Assembly: GCA_963817895.1 (NCBI GenBank)
Contig: CAWFQB010000002.1
Location: forward strand, 512,001-576,000
Origin: an uncultured Chthonomonadaceae bacterium
GTDB lineage: Bacteria > Armatimonadota > Chthonomonadetes > Chthonomonadales > Chthonomonadaceae
Length of the DNA: 64,000 nt
Direction of reading: 5' to 3'
How positions within the stretch are numbered: the stretch's first letter is position 1; the number at the start of each line of letters is the position of its first letter. The notes beneath the pieces were generated by a model. It ran no database searches and was not told the origin of the DNA. It saw only the letters and a list, made by a program, of their open reading frames with translations. Below, piece by piece: positions 9,800 through 19,763 of this stretch. The translations under genes were made by a program, and so were the position numbers.

Positions 9800-11698
9800 T
9801 CAAACGTGATGGGTGTAGAACGCGGCCAGCAGCAGGAATTTCGCTGTGTAGTCTATGGCCGGTTCATTGGTCACATAATCCTGAACTGTGTCGTGGTACA
9901 CGGCTACTTCGTCCGCCAAGTCGGCGGGCGGGGGTGGGCCGGGAAGCATCATCATGTCGTCGAGCTTATCCAGAACAATATTCTGCGCCTGAAAGATAGC
10001 CTGCGAAGACGGTCCACCCACTAATGCGCCCGTGAGTTCCGTTTGTTTCAGGTTGGCTATCTGATGATGCGGAAACAACGGATAGTGCGTACCCGCGCCG
10101 ATAAGATATGACACGTTAAACGGGTTGCAGCCCAATATGAAATCGCGCTGCTGTCGCGCCACGCTGAGATAGACCTCTTTATCCCCGTACTCCATCACCT
10201 GCGCGTACAGCAGGCAGTTCAGCGCCGCGCCCGCCGCCGCTTCCGCCGTCCCCCAGATATACGGCGTCGCCAGCCCATACGGGTTTTCGGAGCGCAAACG
10301 CGCGTAATCCGCATCCGTCCGCAGATATTGCCGCAACTTCTCCCGATCCGCGCCCTGCGCGAAACGCAGCAGCGTGTAATGCGCTAAGGCGTGGGTGTTG
10401 TAAACGCTGGTCGCCTCATACGCCGCGCCTGCCCGGTGCGCGAAATCCATCGCCTGTTGCAGATATTCCGGTTTGCGCGTCGCCCGGTGCAGTTCAATCG
10501 CGCCCCACGCCATATCGTCTTCCCATGTTTTTTCGGGGTAAAAATCGGCGGGAAGGGTACTCAGAACGACGGGGTTGTCCAGCCCAAGTTGGTACACCGT
10601 CTGCGCCGCCTCGTAGCATTTGTGCGCGAATGGCTGATCCCAACGGGCGTACAAGCGCGACGCGATGGCGAAAGCGGCTGCTGTCCGTCCGGCAAGGTTC
10701 GCGCCAATTCCAAAGTACGCGGGACGCGCTTTCCACGCGGGGTTTTTCGCCGCGTTGTCCTGTTCCGGCAATCGCCACGTATTATGATCCGACTCTTCGC
10801 CTATCTGAAAATAAAACTCATTGGGCGCGGGGTGCATTTTCAGCAGCCATTCCAATCCCACGCGGGCGTTTGCCAGCAGGGGCGAGGGTTGGGCGGCAGC
10901 CGCGCGGGAAGACGACAGATGCGGGAAATGGTCACAGGTAAACAGCATCAGCGCGGTCACATAACTGGCGGTTTCCACGAACTTCATGTAGTCGCCCGCG
11001 TCGTGCCAGCCGCCGCTTCCGTCCAGAATTTGCCCGTCGCGCGGCCCTCCGACAATCACGCCATCGTCCGCATGGCAGTTGTTACCCGCATCCTCGCCGG
11101 TTCCGCACCGCTGTACCGCGAAATAGTCTAGCGTCAATCCTATCAGGCCGGCGTACAGGTTGGGCGCGATGGAAAAGGGGGCCGAATGGACGCCATTGGA
11201 CAGGCGCAGGCGATAGCGGCCCGGACGGGTAAAGTCCGAAAAGTCGGCAATAAAATGGTGGGGGAAGTGTCCGTATTGCGCCCCCGAAGGCGTGGTATAG
11301 GGACGCAGTTCACCCCTGTACCGCACTTTGGGCATCGTGTCATCGTCCATCAGGCAGAAGCCGTTGCCGGGTATCGGGCCATGCGCGGGTATGATCGCCC
11401 GCTTGCTTTCGTCGGGCAGGTAGCCGACCTGATTTAGATGGACATGCGCTTCCACAGGGGGCATATACGCCGCCGTCGCTTTCTTGTTTTTGGCGCGGGC
11501 ATTGGACGTGGCAAGCCGCCTTGCGCGTTTCGCCGCGATGCGCGTTTTTGGGTCGTCCGCCTGCGCCGCGCCGCTCAATATTGGCTGCGCCGTAACAATC
11601 GCGCCCGTCAACGCGGCGCGGCGTAAAAACTCGCGCCGAGACACGTTTCCCGCTTGCCGCGCCGGTTTGTTTGTGAAATCGTATTCTGTGGCTTGCAT
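9800..11698 (-). CDS. Tat-exported glycoside hydrolase family 9 with N-terminal Ig-like (CelD-type) domain
   Basis: SRREFLRR Tat motif; LNQVGYLP; GGWHDAGDYMKF; HHQ and GALVGGP; YVTNEPAIDY. Confidence 0.92.
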   Translation of the reverse strand: MQATEYDFTNKPARQAGNVSRREFLRRAALTGAIVTAQPILSGAAQADDPKTRIAAKRARRLATSNARAKNKKATAAYMPPVEAHVHLNQVGYLPDESKRAIIPAHGPIPGNGFCLMDDDTMPKVRYRGELRPYTTPSGAQYGHFPHHFIADFSDFTRPGRYRLRLSNGVHSAPFSIAPNLYAGLIGLTLDYFAVQRCGTGEDAGNNCHADDGVIVGGPRDGQILDGSGGWHDAGDYMKFVETASYVTALMLFTCDHFPHLSSSRAAAAQPSPLLANARVGLEWLLKMHPAPNEFYFQIGEESDHNTWRLPEQDNAAKNPAWKARPAYFGIGANLAGRTAAAFAIASRLYARWDQPFAHKCYEAAQTVYQLGLDNPVVLSTLPADFYPEKTWEDDMAWGAIELHRATRKPEYLQQAMDFAHRAGAAYEATSVYNTHALAHYTLLRFAQGADREKLRQYLRTDADYARLRSENPYGLATPYIWGTAEAAAGAALNCLLYAQVMEYGDKEVYLSVARQQRDFILGCNPFNVSYLIGAGTHYPLFPHHQIANLKQTELTGALVGGPSSQAIFQAQNIVLDKLDDMMMLPGPPPPADLADEVAVYHDTVQDYVTNEPAIDYTAKFLLLAAFYTHHV

Positions 11699-12001
11699 CT
11701 TGACAGCCTTTGTTTCCGCGCGAAATCGGGTTCGCGCCGCGCCGATAAGTTCTAACTCAATAAGTCCTGATAGTGCGACGCTCCAAACACGAACACAGTT
11801 CCGCTTTTGTTTGGAAACCCGCGCGCAAACGGATTTTTCGGCATGAAGAACAGAGCAAAACCTACCAAAATAACAGGTTGTATAGTTAAACGTTTCCTGC
11901 TATAATGTGTCCAGTTGCCAGAGCCTCACACTTTCGCAGGCGGAACGCCGCAGCGAAGCGGCATTACGGCGCGCGGAACGCGGCCTGAATGAGATCGCCC
12001 T

Positions 12002-13966
12002 ATGTCCCCACCCCGAAAACGAATTCCCCGCGTATGGATGGCCGGCATTTGGGCGTTCGTGTTGGGGCTGGCCGCCGCCCTTCTCGTGCTGACCACAGCG
12101 CAGATCGAAGACCGAATCCGTCCTAACCACTCCGGGATTGTCACCACATTCATTGCCCGTCTCGATAGCACCGCGTATGACTGGCTGTTTCTCAATCGCG
12201 GCGAGCAAAAAAACATCCCGGAAGTGGTCATTGTGGCAATCAGTGATCAGGCGATAGACGCGCTTGTCGGTACGAAATTTCAGGGTAAGGAGGTTACATT
12301 CCCCTTTCCTCGCGCCTTACAAGGCGAATTATTCCGCAAACTCAAGGCGGACGGCGCAAAAGTTATCGCGCCGGATATTACTTTTAGTGATCCGAGCGTG
12401 TATGGGGAGAAGGATGACAAGGCGTTTGCGGCAGCGCTTAAAGCCTGTGGCAATGTAATTCTCGCCACTGACTTTACGCAATCCCATAACGTAGAGTACG
12501 ACGTTATTGCCAATGCGAGCCAGTTTCCATATGCCCCGTTGCGCGAAACTTGCCTGGATTTCGCGCCCGTAAATGTGCTTCAAGATGAGGATTTGTCTGT
12601 CCGGCGTTTTAGTCTGACACGCCCCAACATTTCCCTGACCAATCCGGCGCAGGATGAAGAATACCCTACCTTTGCCGCGCGTGTCGCCGGCGCGTATGTC
12701 GGTATGGATCGTCAAACCCTGATGCGGCAGTTGGCGGAGAACCGGTTTCAGAACGCGCCCATTGTCACGGCTCCAGACAATATTGTCCTGGACAGTCCCG
12801 GCAAAACTGTTCGCATCAATTACGCGGGCTATCCCAAACAGTCGTGCCGTTATATTCCCTACGACCGAGTCATAGATGGCACATTCCCGTCTGGCATCTT
12901 TCGAGATAAAATCGTTCTCATTGGCGGCACAGCAGGAGGCGAACATGCGGATGAACTTGTCACACCCCTGATTCCCGCTGACCAGGCTAAACGGCCCGGC
13001 GTGGAAATACATGCCAATAGCATCCATACGCTGTTGAGCGGGAACTACATCGCCATGTTTCCCGGCAGGGCGCGTACCCTGCTCATTATTCTGTTCGCCC
13101 TGCTTGCCGCCGCCGTGACGCTGCAATTGCATCCGCTGAAAGCCTTTCCCATCATCGCGCTGATGGTTGTCTGCGTCCCGGCAATCTCCGTTGCGCTGTT
13201 CAACGCGCATATCTTTTATCGTCCCACGCAGCCGATTGCCGCGATTCTGCTCAGTTACGGCTTTCAAAGCGTGTACTTTTACGCCATCGAAAACCGCCGC
13301 GCCAATGAAACACGCAAGCGGTTTGGGCGCATCGTCGGCCCGCGCGTCCTGAACAAAATCATGGAGTTACAGGATTTGAAACTGATGGGTGAACGAGCGT
13401 ATGCGACTGTGATGTTTACCGATTTGCAGGGCTTTACCTCACTGTCAGAAAAAATGGCGCCTTCCGATGCGGTCGCGCTCCTCAATGGATATATGACGAA
13501 AATGGTAGACATTCTTGATAAGTATGATGGCACACTGGACAAAATTATGGGCGACGGCGTGATGGCCTACTTCGAGGCTGCTGGCCCGTCTGACCGCTCG
13601 GAAGAAAAGGCCGTACAGTGCGCGCTGGAGATGCAGGCGACGATGGTTCAGTGGCGGGCGCAGTGCGAGGAAATGGGAGTTCCTCCGCTCAAGGTTCGCA
13701 TCGGAGTTCATGCAGGTGAAGTGGTTATCGGCACGATGGGAGCGCCACAGCAGATGAGTTGGACCATCATCGGCGATACGGTCAATGCCGCCGCGCGCCT
13801 CGAACCGCTCAACAAAGAACTAAAAACCGAAATCCTCATCAGTGAAGCCGTACAGCAGAAATTGTCGCCGGAAATCCACACGCAGTTCGTAGGCGAAATG
13901 GAAATCCGGGGCAGAAAGGAGGGTATTCGTGCCTACAGCGTTTCTGCCGATTATCCTGCCAACTAA
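12002..13966 (+). CDS. CHASE2-domain class III adenylate cyclase
   Basis: CHASE2 (VIVAISD, FPFPR, KIVLIG, PGVEIHAN), three TM helices, cyclase motifs VMFTDLQGFT, DKIMGDG, TIIGDTVNAAARLE. Confidence 0.92.
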   Translation: MSPPRKRIPRVWMAGIWAFVLGLAAALLVLTTAQIEDRIRPNHSGIVTTFIARLDSTAYDWLFLNRGEQKNIPEVVIVAISDQAIDALVGTKFQGKEVTFPFPRALQGELFRKLKADGAKVIAPDITFSDPSVYGEKDDKAFAAALKACGNVILATDFTQSHNVEYDVIANASQFPYAPLRETCLDFAPVNVLQDEDLSVRRFSLTRPNISLTNPAQDEEYPTFAARVAGAYVGMDRQTLMRQLAENRFQNAPIVTAPDNIVLDSPGKTVRINYAGYPKQSCRYIPYDRVIDGTFPSGIFRDKIVLIGGTAGGEHADELVTPLIPADQAKRPGVEIHANSIHTLLSGNYIAMFPGRARTLLIILFALLAAAVTLQLHPLKAFPIIALMVVCVPAISVALFNAHIFYRPTQPIAAILLSYGFQSVYFYAIENRRANETRKRFGRIVGPRVLNKIMELQDLKLMGERAYATVMFTDLQGFTSLSEKMAPSDAVALLNGYMTKMVDILDKYDGTLDKIMGDGVMAYFEAAGPSDRSEEKAVQCALEMQATMVQWRAQCEEMGVPPLKVRIGVHAGEVVIGTMGAPQQMSWTIIGDTVNAAARLEPLNKELKTEILISEAVQQKLSPEIHTQFVGEMEIRGRKEGIRAYSVSADYPAN

Positions 13967-14010
13967 AACATCGCGAGATCAGACGCCCGGTTTGGCTGCT
14001 TGCCGTAATA

Positions 14011-15967
14011 GTGGCCTGCATGAGCTTGTGTCCTGTGGCGCAGGCGCAACTTCAGGGCAGCATCGCTTCCATTCTCAACGTCGTCATTACCCGGCGCGGA
14101 ACCGCGCCCTTTCACAACGCCGTTCTCAAAGAACCCCTCGCGACAGGGGACAACATCCGCACAGGGGATCGCAGCAAAACCAGCGTCCTCTTCAACGACA
14201 AAAGCCTGCTAAAAATCAATGCCCTGTCGGATATTGTGATTCGGACGAGCATCAATCAGCGCGACGTGGATATTTCCGCAGGGCGCGTGTACGGCGATAT
14301 GAAAGGGCCGGGGCGTTTCCGGGGACACTACGCGACCGCCGCGATACGCGGCACAAAACTGGAAGTGGAAGAGACGCCCACCCGAACCATCGTGCGCTGT
14401 TTTGAGGGATCAGTCGTGGTCATACCGACGACGGCTCAGGCGTTAGTGGGGGGCGTCACACTGGGGCGCATCCCAGATTTCCAGAGCAACTCTCTTATCG
14501 GCGTTACGGACAACCTTATCGGGGCGCGGGTTGACATTGTGGAGGGAACCCAAAAAGGGCAGACGCGCCTGATTACCAACTTCGATCCCGCAACCGGAAC
14601 CGTCACGGTCAATCAGCCCTATCCCGGCCCCACGGACACTACTTCGCGCTATGTCATCGTCAATCCGCCGAACACGCCCTATGTGATTTTGCGGGCCGGA
14701 TTTGAAACGTATGTCAGCAACACGGTTGGCGTTCCCGTGCAGCCGTACCCGACCGCGCCTCTTGAATTCCTCGGCGGCGATGAACTGGCATGGACGGAGG
14801 ACGGCTTTGCGGGCAACCAGCAGCAACACCTGACCGGTTTTATCCATGACGCCTTTCGGCAGCGCTACTTTGAACTGGATGATGAGCGCGATACCAGTCA
14901 ACTGTACGGCGGACTGGCTCCGAGCGTACAGCGCAGCGCCGACCCGGCAGACAACAACGGGCGGCTCCGGCGGGGTTGGAACCGGCGTGGGCGGTCAAAC
15001 CGGCGGCGTGTCCACCGGGGTTGGCAGTCAAACGGGCGGCGCGGGCGCGGGCATCGGCGGTCAAACCGGCGGAGCCAGCGGTGGAGTCGGCGGACAAACC
15101 GGCGGCGCAAGCGGTGGAATTGGCGGGCCAACGGGCGGAATTGGCGGCGGGGTTGGCGGACAAACCGGCGGCATTGGCATCACCATCGGCCCAGGTAGAA
15201 ATGTCTTTTTCAAGCCGCCGGAACTGGGCGGGGCCGCCTATTCCACAGGCGGCTCGGATTCCGGTTTGGGCTATGCGCGGGCGTCTGCCGTAGTTGACCG
15301 CGTGTTCGTGCGCGTCAGCGGGCGCGTCGGTTTTCTGTCGCGCCATGATGGCACGGATATTGACGAAGGGTTGCTCCGCTACCGCGACCATCGCATCGGA
15401 GATGTTCAGGTAGGGCGTTTCCACTGGTTCCCCGGCCCCGTTTCCAACAGCGAACTGGGACGGCTCATCAGCTTCACGACGGTTGACGGCGCGTTGTGGC
15501 GGCTGCCAACCGGCGGAGAAACCAACATCGTGCAGTTGGGCTACTTCGCCCGCATCAATTCCCTGCGTGGGCCGCGCGTAGGCGGCTATACGGCGCGATG
15601 GAGTCTGCCGCTGGCGCAGGGGCGGTACGGCGGCTCCGTACTCGGCTCTACTCTGCGCGGCAGCGGATTGGGCTATTCGGGCGACATCGTGTATCCCGTC
15701 CTGCCGCAGAAATTAGAATTGTACGGCGAAGCGGGACAGGACACGCTGGCGAAAGGCTTCTATGCAGTCGGCGCGTATTTCCCGCAGTTTCTCAATCATC
15801 TCAAAGTGGACGCTTCCATAGAATACTCGTATCACGCCGCGTGGGGCGGCAGTCTGGACATGAACATCCATTTCCCGCTGACGCGCAACTTCGGCGGCCT
15901 TGTCACACTGAGTAAGCCCGGCGCGAAAACGCTTCTTCCCGGCGTCGGCATCACCGCAACATATTGA
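14011..15967 (+). CDS. FecR-domain protein with Gly-rich repeat linker and predicted outer-membrane beta-barrel (frameshift near 14950)
   Basis: FecR motifs GDNIRTG, AAIRGT, VRCFEGSV; GGQTGG repeats; amphipathic strands and terminal aromatic residue (GITATY). Start uncertain. Confidence 0.75.
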
Positions 15968-16049
15968 TAAAAGAGTGAGAGTGGAGAGTGAGAGTGAGAG
16001 AACAGGCAAGTATACTCTCACTCTCACTTATGATGAAAGGAACAAACTT

Positions 16050-16925
16050 ATGAAAAACGCATGGAAAGCGGGCGCGTTTCTGGCGTTGAGCGCGTTTTCT
16101 CCCCTTGTCTCAGGCTGCGGGGGCGGTGGTGGACTGGCCTACAACGCGGGGCAGGGCGCGTCCAATACAGTCAGCGGCGTAAGCCGGGGCGCGCTGGCAA
16201 TGCAAATCAATTTCCCCTCCGGCAAGTCCGCGCATAACGCGAACAACTTGTCCGTTAAGGCGGGAAGAAGCGGATTGACGCGCATTCCGGGCTTTTCCAA
16301 CGGCAACATTCCCGACGGCACACAGGCCGTCAAGGTGGAGGTCGTAACGACAACTTCGCCGGAAACCAGTCTGGGAGTGCCGCAGATCATCACGTCCGCG
16401 TCGGCGCAAACCGGCGGCAATGTGACCGGCCCCGTGACGGTGCAATTTTCCAATCTGCCCGTCGGAAAAGTGCGGCTGCGCGCGTCCGCCTACCCGGATA
16501 TTGCAGCCAAACTCAATGCTATCGCCATAGGAACCTCGGATGTAGTTATCACCGCAAACGCGACCGCGAACACTAACGTTTCTCTGGCCCTGACCATAGA
16601 CCATATCGCGCTGACGCCCGCGACGGTGACGCTGGGGTTTCTGTCCACCGACAATACGCAGACAGTTCAGGCGACGCCCATGACACAGGACAACAGGCCG
16701 CTGCAAATGCCGCTGCTGATTACGACGGATCGCCCGGACGTGGTTTCGGTCAGTATTTCTAAGACGCGCCCACCCAACACCCCTGTAGAAACGGTCATCG
16801 GTTTGCTGCAAACGGTCAGCCCAACATTCGCCACGCTACCCGCGACGGCAACTATTACCTTTGCCGAGCCGAACAGCGGCAAAACGGCGACGGCAATCGC
16901 GACCGTGATTTTTGATGGCGACTAA
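16050..16925 (+). CDS. Lipoprotein, beta-rich/Ig-like
   Basis: Lipobox VSGC followed by GGGGG; Thr/Val-rich; paralogous to the next gene. Confidence 0.75.
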   Translation: MKNAWKAGAFLALSAFSPLVSGCGGGGGLAYNAGQGASNTVSGVSRGALAMQINFPSGKSAHNANNLSVKAGRSGLTRIPGFSNGNIPDGTQAVKVEVVTTTSPETSLGVPQIITSASAQTGGNVTGPVTVQFSNLPVGKVRLRASAYPDIAAKLNAIAIGTSDVVITANATANTNVSLALTIDHIALTPATVTLGFLSTDNTQTVQATPMTQDNRPLQMPLLITTDRPDVVSVSISKTRPPNTPVETVIGLLQTVSPTFATLPATATITFAEPNSGKTATAIATVIFDGD

Positions 16926-16957
16926 CAGGCAGCTGTCAAAGGAGCGAAGAGTACAAG

Positions 16958-17791
16958 ATGGCGAGAAAATCCAATAAAGCGCTGGCGATGGTGGCTGTCG
17001 GCCTGACCCCTGCCGCCATTGTCATTACGGGCTGCGGCGGGGGCGGGCATACCGCTGTTTTAGCGCCGGGGCAAAGCGCCAATCGCGGCGTCCTCACGCT
17101 GAAAGTAACGTTTCCCAAACGCAAAAGTGGAAACGCGGCCTCGAAGAAGAGCCGCCATGCCCATGTGGGCAGGCCGTCAATGGGCGGGGGAGGAGGTTAC
17201 GATGGCAGTATTCCGCAGGGAACGCTGTCCGTCAAGGTGGTTCTGTTGAATCCGACAACGGGGGCCGCGCTTGCGCTTCCGCAGGTGATACAGGCTCCCC
17301 CGGACAGCGCCGGGGTGGATACGCCGCAAACCGTCTCGTTTACCAATCTGCCGGTCGGCCCGGTTCGCGTGCAGGTGCAGGCGTTTCCAACACTGATGGC
17401 GGATACGGCGCAGGGACCGGGCGAGGGCAATCCAATCGCGGTTGGCACATCAGACGCGCAAATCGTCGCCAATCAGACCGTCGCCTCGCAGGTATTGCTA
17501 CAACTTACGATAGATCATGTGACCCTGACGCCCTCCGGTGTCACGCTGATACCGTTTCAGGGGCAAAACTCGGTGATAATGACGGCACAGGCTTTCGACA
17601 AGAACAACGCGCCGCTGATTTATCCCTTCACCTTCGACACGTCCGACCTGAATGTGGCAACAATCAGTCAAATTGACAATCACACGGTGGAAGTAGATGC
17701 CAACAACAGCGGCACAGCGACCATTACCGCTACCGAGGTCAACAGCCAGATGATCGCCACCTCTCTCGTGACCGTCAGCAACGGCCCATAA
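16958..17791 (+). CDS. Lipoprotein with Ig-like (Big_2-like) domain
   Basis: Lipobox ITGC followed by GGGG; shares IPxGT..VKV, FxNLPVG.VR and LTIDH..LTP with the upstream gene; TSDLNVATI...GTATITA. Confidence 0.75.
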   Translation: MARKSNKALAMVAVGLTPAAIVITGCGGGGHTAVLAPGQSANRGVLTLKVTFPKRKSGNAASKKSRHAHVGRPSMGGGGGYDGSIPQGTLSVKVVLLNPTTGAALALPQVIQAPPDSAGVDTPQTVSFTNLPVGPVRVQVQAFPTLMADTAQGPGEGNPIAVGTSDAQIVANQTVASQVLLQLTIDHVTLTPSGVTLIPFQGQNSVIMTAQAFDKNNAPLIYPFTFDTSDLNVATISQIDNHTVEVDANNSGTATITATEVNSQMIATSLVTVSNGP

Positions 17792-17806
17792 ATAGAGAAA
17801 GCGGAA

Positions 17807-18694
17807 TTATCCTCTGCCGGGGCGCTGTTTGGGGATGGTGACGCCTTCGGGGGCGAGCAGGCAATTGTCAATGAGGCGAGTTTTGCCGAAGCGGGCGGCA
17901 AGGGCGAGCAGGGCCACGCGGCCTTGCAGCGAATCTACCGGCAGCAGGGTTTCCGCGTCCACCAAAGCTACATAATCACATGAGACCAGCGGTTCCTGCG
18001 CCAGCAAATTCTCCACCTCCTGTCGCACCTGCTTCGCGTCCGTAATTCCCGCCGCCACCTGCGCCTGCGCCTGCGTCAGACACCGATGCAGCACAACTGC
18101 GGCCTGCCGCTGTTCTGGCGACAGATACACGTTACGCGACGAAAGCGCCAGACCGTCCGGTTCGCGAATGGTGGGAACCATGGCGATTTTGGTCTGCAAA
18201 TGCAGGTCGCGCGCTAATCGCTCGATCACAAGCAATTGCTGAAAATCTTTTTGCCCGAAGTACGCGCTATCCGGCTGCACGATGTTGAGCAGTTTGGTGA
18301 CGACCGTTGCTACGCCCCGAAAATGGCCGGGACGCGACGCGCCCTCCAACAGCGAGCCAATCTGCGGCACATCCACAACGGTTTCGCTCCCCGGCGGATA
18401 GATTTCTTCCACGTCGGGGGAAAATAGCGCGTCTACATCCGCCTGTGACGCCAACGCCTGATCGCGGTGCAGATCGCGCGGATAACTGGTAAAATCCTCG
18501 CCCGGTCCAAACTGCGTAGGGTTGACGAAGATAGACATGATGACGATGTCGCAATCCCCTTTGGCCCGGCGCGCCAATGCCAGATGCCCCTCATGAAGCG
18601 CGCCCATTGTGGGTACAAACCCGATTGTCTTGCCCTCGGCCCGGATGGTGCGCAGATACGCGCGCAACGGGCCGATTTGCTGAAACGTTCGCAT
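17807..18694 (-). CDS. panC: Pantoate--beta-alanine ligase
   Basis: FVPTMGALHEGH, SIFVNPTQF, RPGHFRGV, YFGQKD, GLALSSRN, RLIDN. Confidence 0.97.
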   Translation of the reverse strand: MRTFQQIGPLRAYLRTIRAEGKTIGFVPTMGALHEGHLALARRAKGDCDIVIMSIFVNPTQFGPGEDFTSYPRDLHRDQALASQADVDALFSPDVEEIYPPGSETVVDVPQIGSLLEGASRPGHFRGVATVVTKLLNIVQPDSAYFGQKDFQQLLVIERLARDLHLQTKIAMVPTIREPDGLALSSRNVYLSPEQRQAAVVLHRCLTQAQAQVAAGITDAKQVRQEVENLLAQEPLVSCDYVALVDAETLLPVDSLQGRVALLALAARFGKTRLIDNCLLAPEGVTIPKQRPGRG

Positions 18695-18696
18695 TG

Positions 18697-19560
18697 TTAA
18701 AGACTATGCTCCCCTGTGGGAAACCGGCTGTCGCGCGTCTCGTCCGCATACGCGCGGATCGCGGCTTCGATCAGTTGGCCGATTTCGGCGTAATGCTTGG
18801 TGTGTTTGAAAACGCGCCCCGGCGACAGTCCCAAAATGTCGTGCCACACCTGTACCTGTCCATCGCACCCGACTCCGGCCCCGATGCCGATGGTCGGGAT
18901 GCCTATTTCCTGAGAAATCTCAGCGGCCAGAATTGCCGGTATGGTTTCCAGCACCATGCCGAACGCGCCCGCTTCCTCCAGCCCCCGCGCGTCCTGTCGC
19001 AGTTGTTCCGCGCTTTCCGGTGTGACGCCCTGCGCCCGATGCCCGCCGAATTGATGGATAGCCTGCGGCGTCAGCCCTAAATGCCCCATAACGGGAATAC
19101 CCACGTCCGTTAATCGCCGCACGGTCGGTAGCATAGCCGCGCCACCTTCCAATTTTACGGCTTCCGCGCCCTCTTTCAATAAAATCGTCGCGCTGTGTAC
19201 CGCGTCTTCGATACTGGCCTGATACGTGCCGAACGGCAAATCCGCAATGAGCAGAGCGTGCTTCAACCCGCGCCGAACCGCCCGAACATGATGCGCCATC
19301 TCGTCGAGCGTAACCGGAACCACATTCTTATAGCCAAGCACGACCGCGCCGAGTGAATCGCCCACCAGCACCATGTCCACGCCCGCCCGATCCGCCAGGC
19401 GCGCCGAAGGATAATCATAGGCGGTCAGCATGACCAGCTTTTCGGCCCGATTCTCTCCCACCTTACGTAGCCGCACATCGGGAACCGTAACGCGCTCCCG
19501 CCGGACAGCCTTCTCCCCCGCTTCTCCCCTCGCCGAATTGTTTCTTACGCTCTCATCCAT
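18697..19560 (-). CDS. panB: 3-methyl-2-oxobutanoate hydroxymethyltransferase
   Basis: MLTAYDY, LVGDSLG, AVKLEGG, GHLGLTPQ, IGIGAG..CDGQVQV. Confidence 0.97.
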   Translation of the reverse strand: MDESVRNNSARGEAGEKAVRRERVTVPDVRLRKVGENRAEKLVMLTAYDYPSARLADRAGVDMVLVGDSLGAVVLGYKNVVPVTLDEMAHHVRAVRRGLKHALLIADLPFGTYQASIEDAVHSATILLKEGAEAVKLEGGAAMLPTVRRLTDVGIPVMGHLGLTPQAIHQFGGHRAQGVTPESAEQLRQDARGLEEAGAFGMVLETIPAILAAEISQEIGIPTIGIGAGVGCDGQVQVWHDILGLSPGRVFKHTKHYAEIGQLIEAAIRAYADETRDSRFPTGEHSL

Positions 19561-19598
19561 GTCACATCCCTGACAACAACATCGCCGCAACTAACAAC

Positions 19599-19748
19599 AA
19601 TATAGCCGCGAATGAACGCGAATAAACGCGAATACATCATGGGTATGCCCTGTGCTGTTCATTGCGCTCTATCTGAAAAACAACCTGACTCTAAATAGTT
19701 GCCTCTCCATTTCATTCGCGTTTATTCGCGTTCATTCGCGGCTATATT
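19599..19748. repeat. MITE-like element with perfect 35-bp inverted arms built from 10-bp units
   Basis: AATATAGCCGCGAATGAACGCGAATAAACGCGAAT at 19599-19633 and its reverse complement at 19714-19748; second copy at 49665-49806. Confidence 0.85.
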
Positions 19749-19763
19749 CCCCGTTTCCATCGA

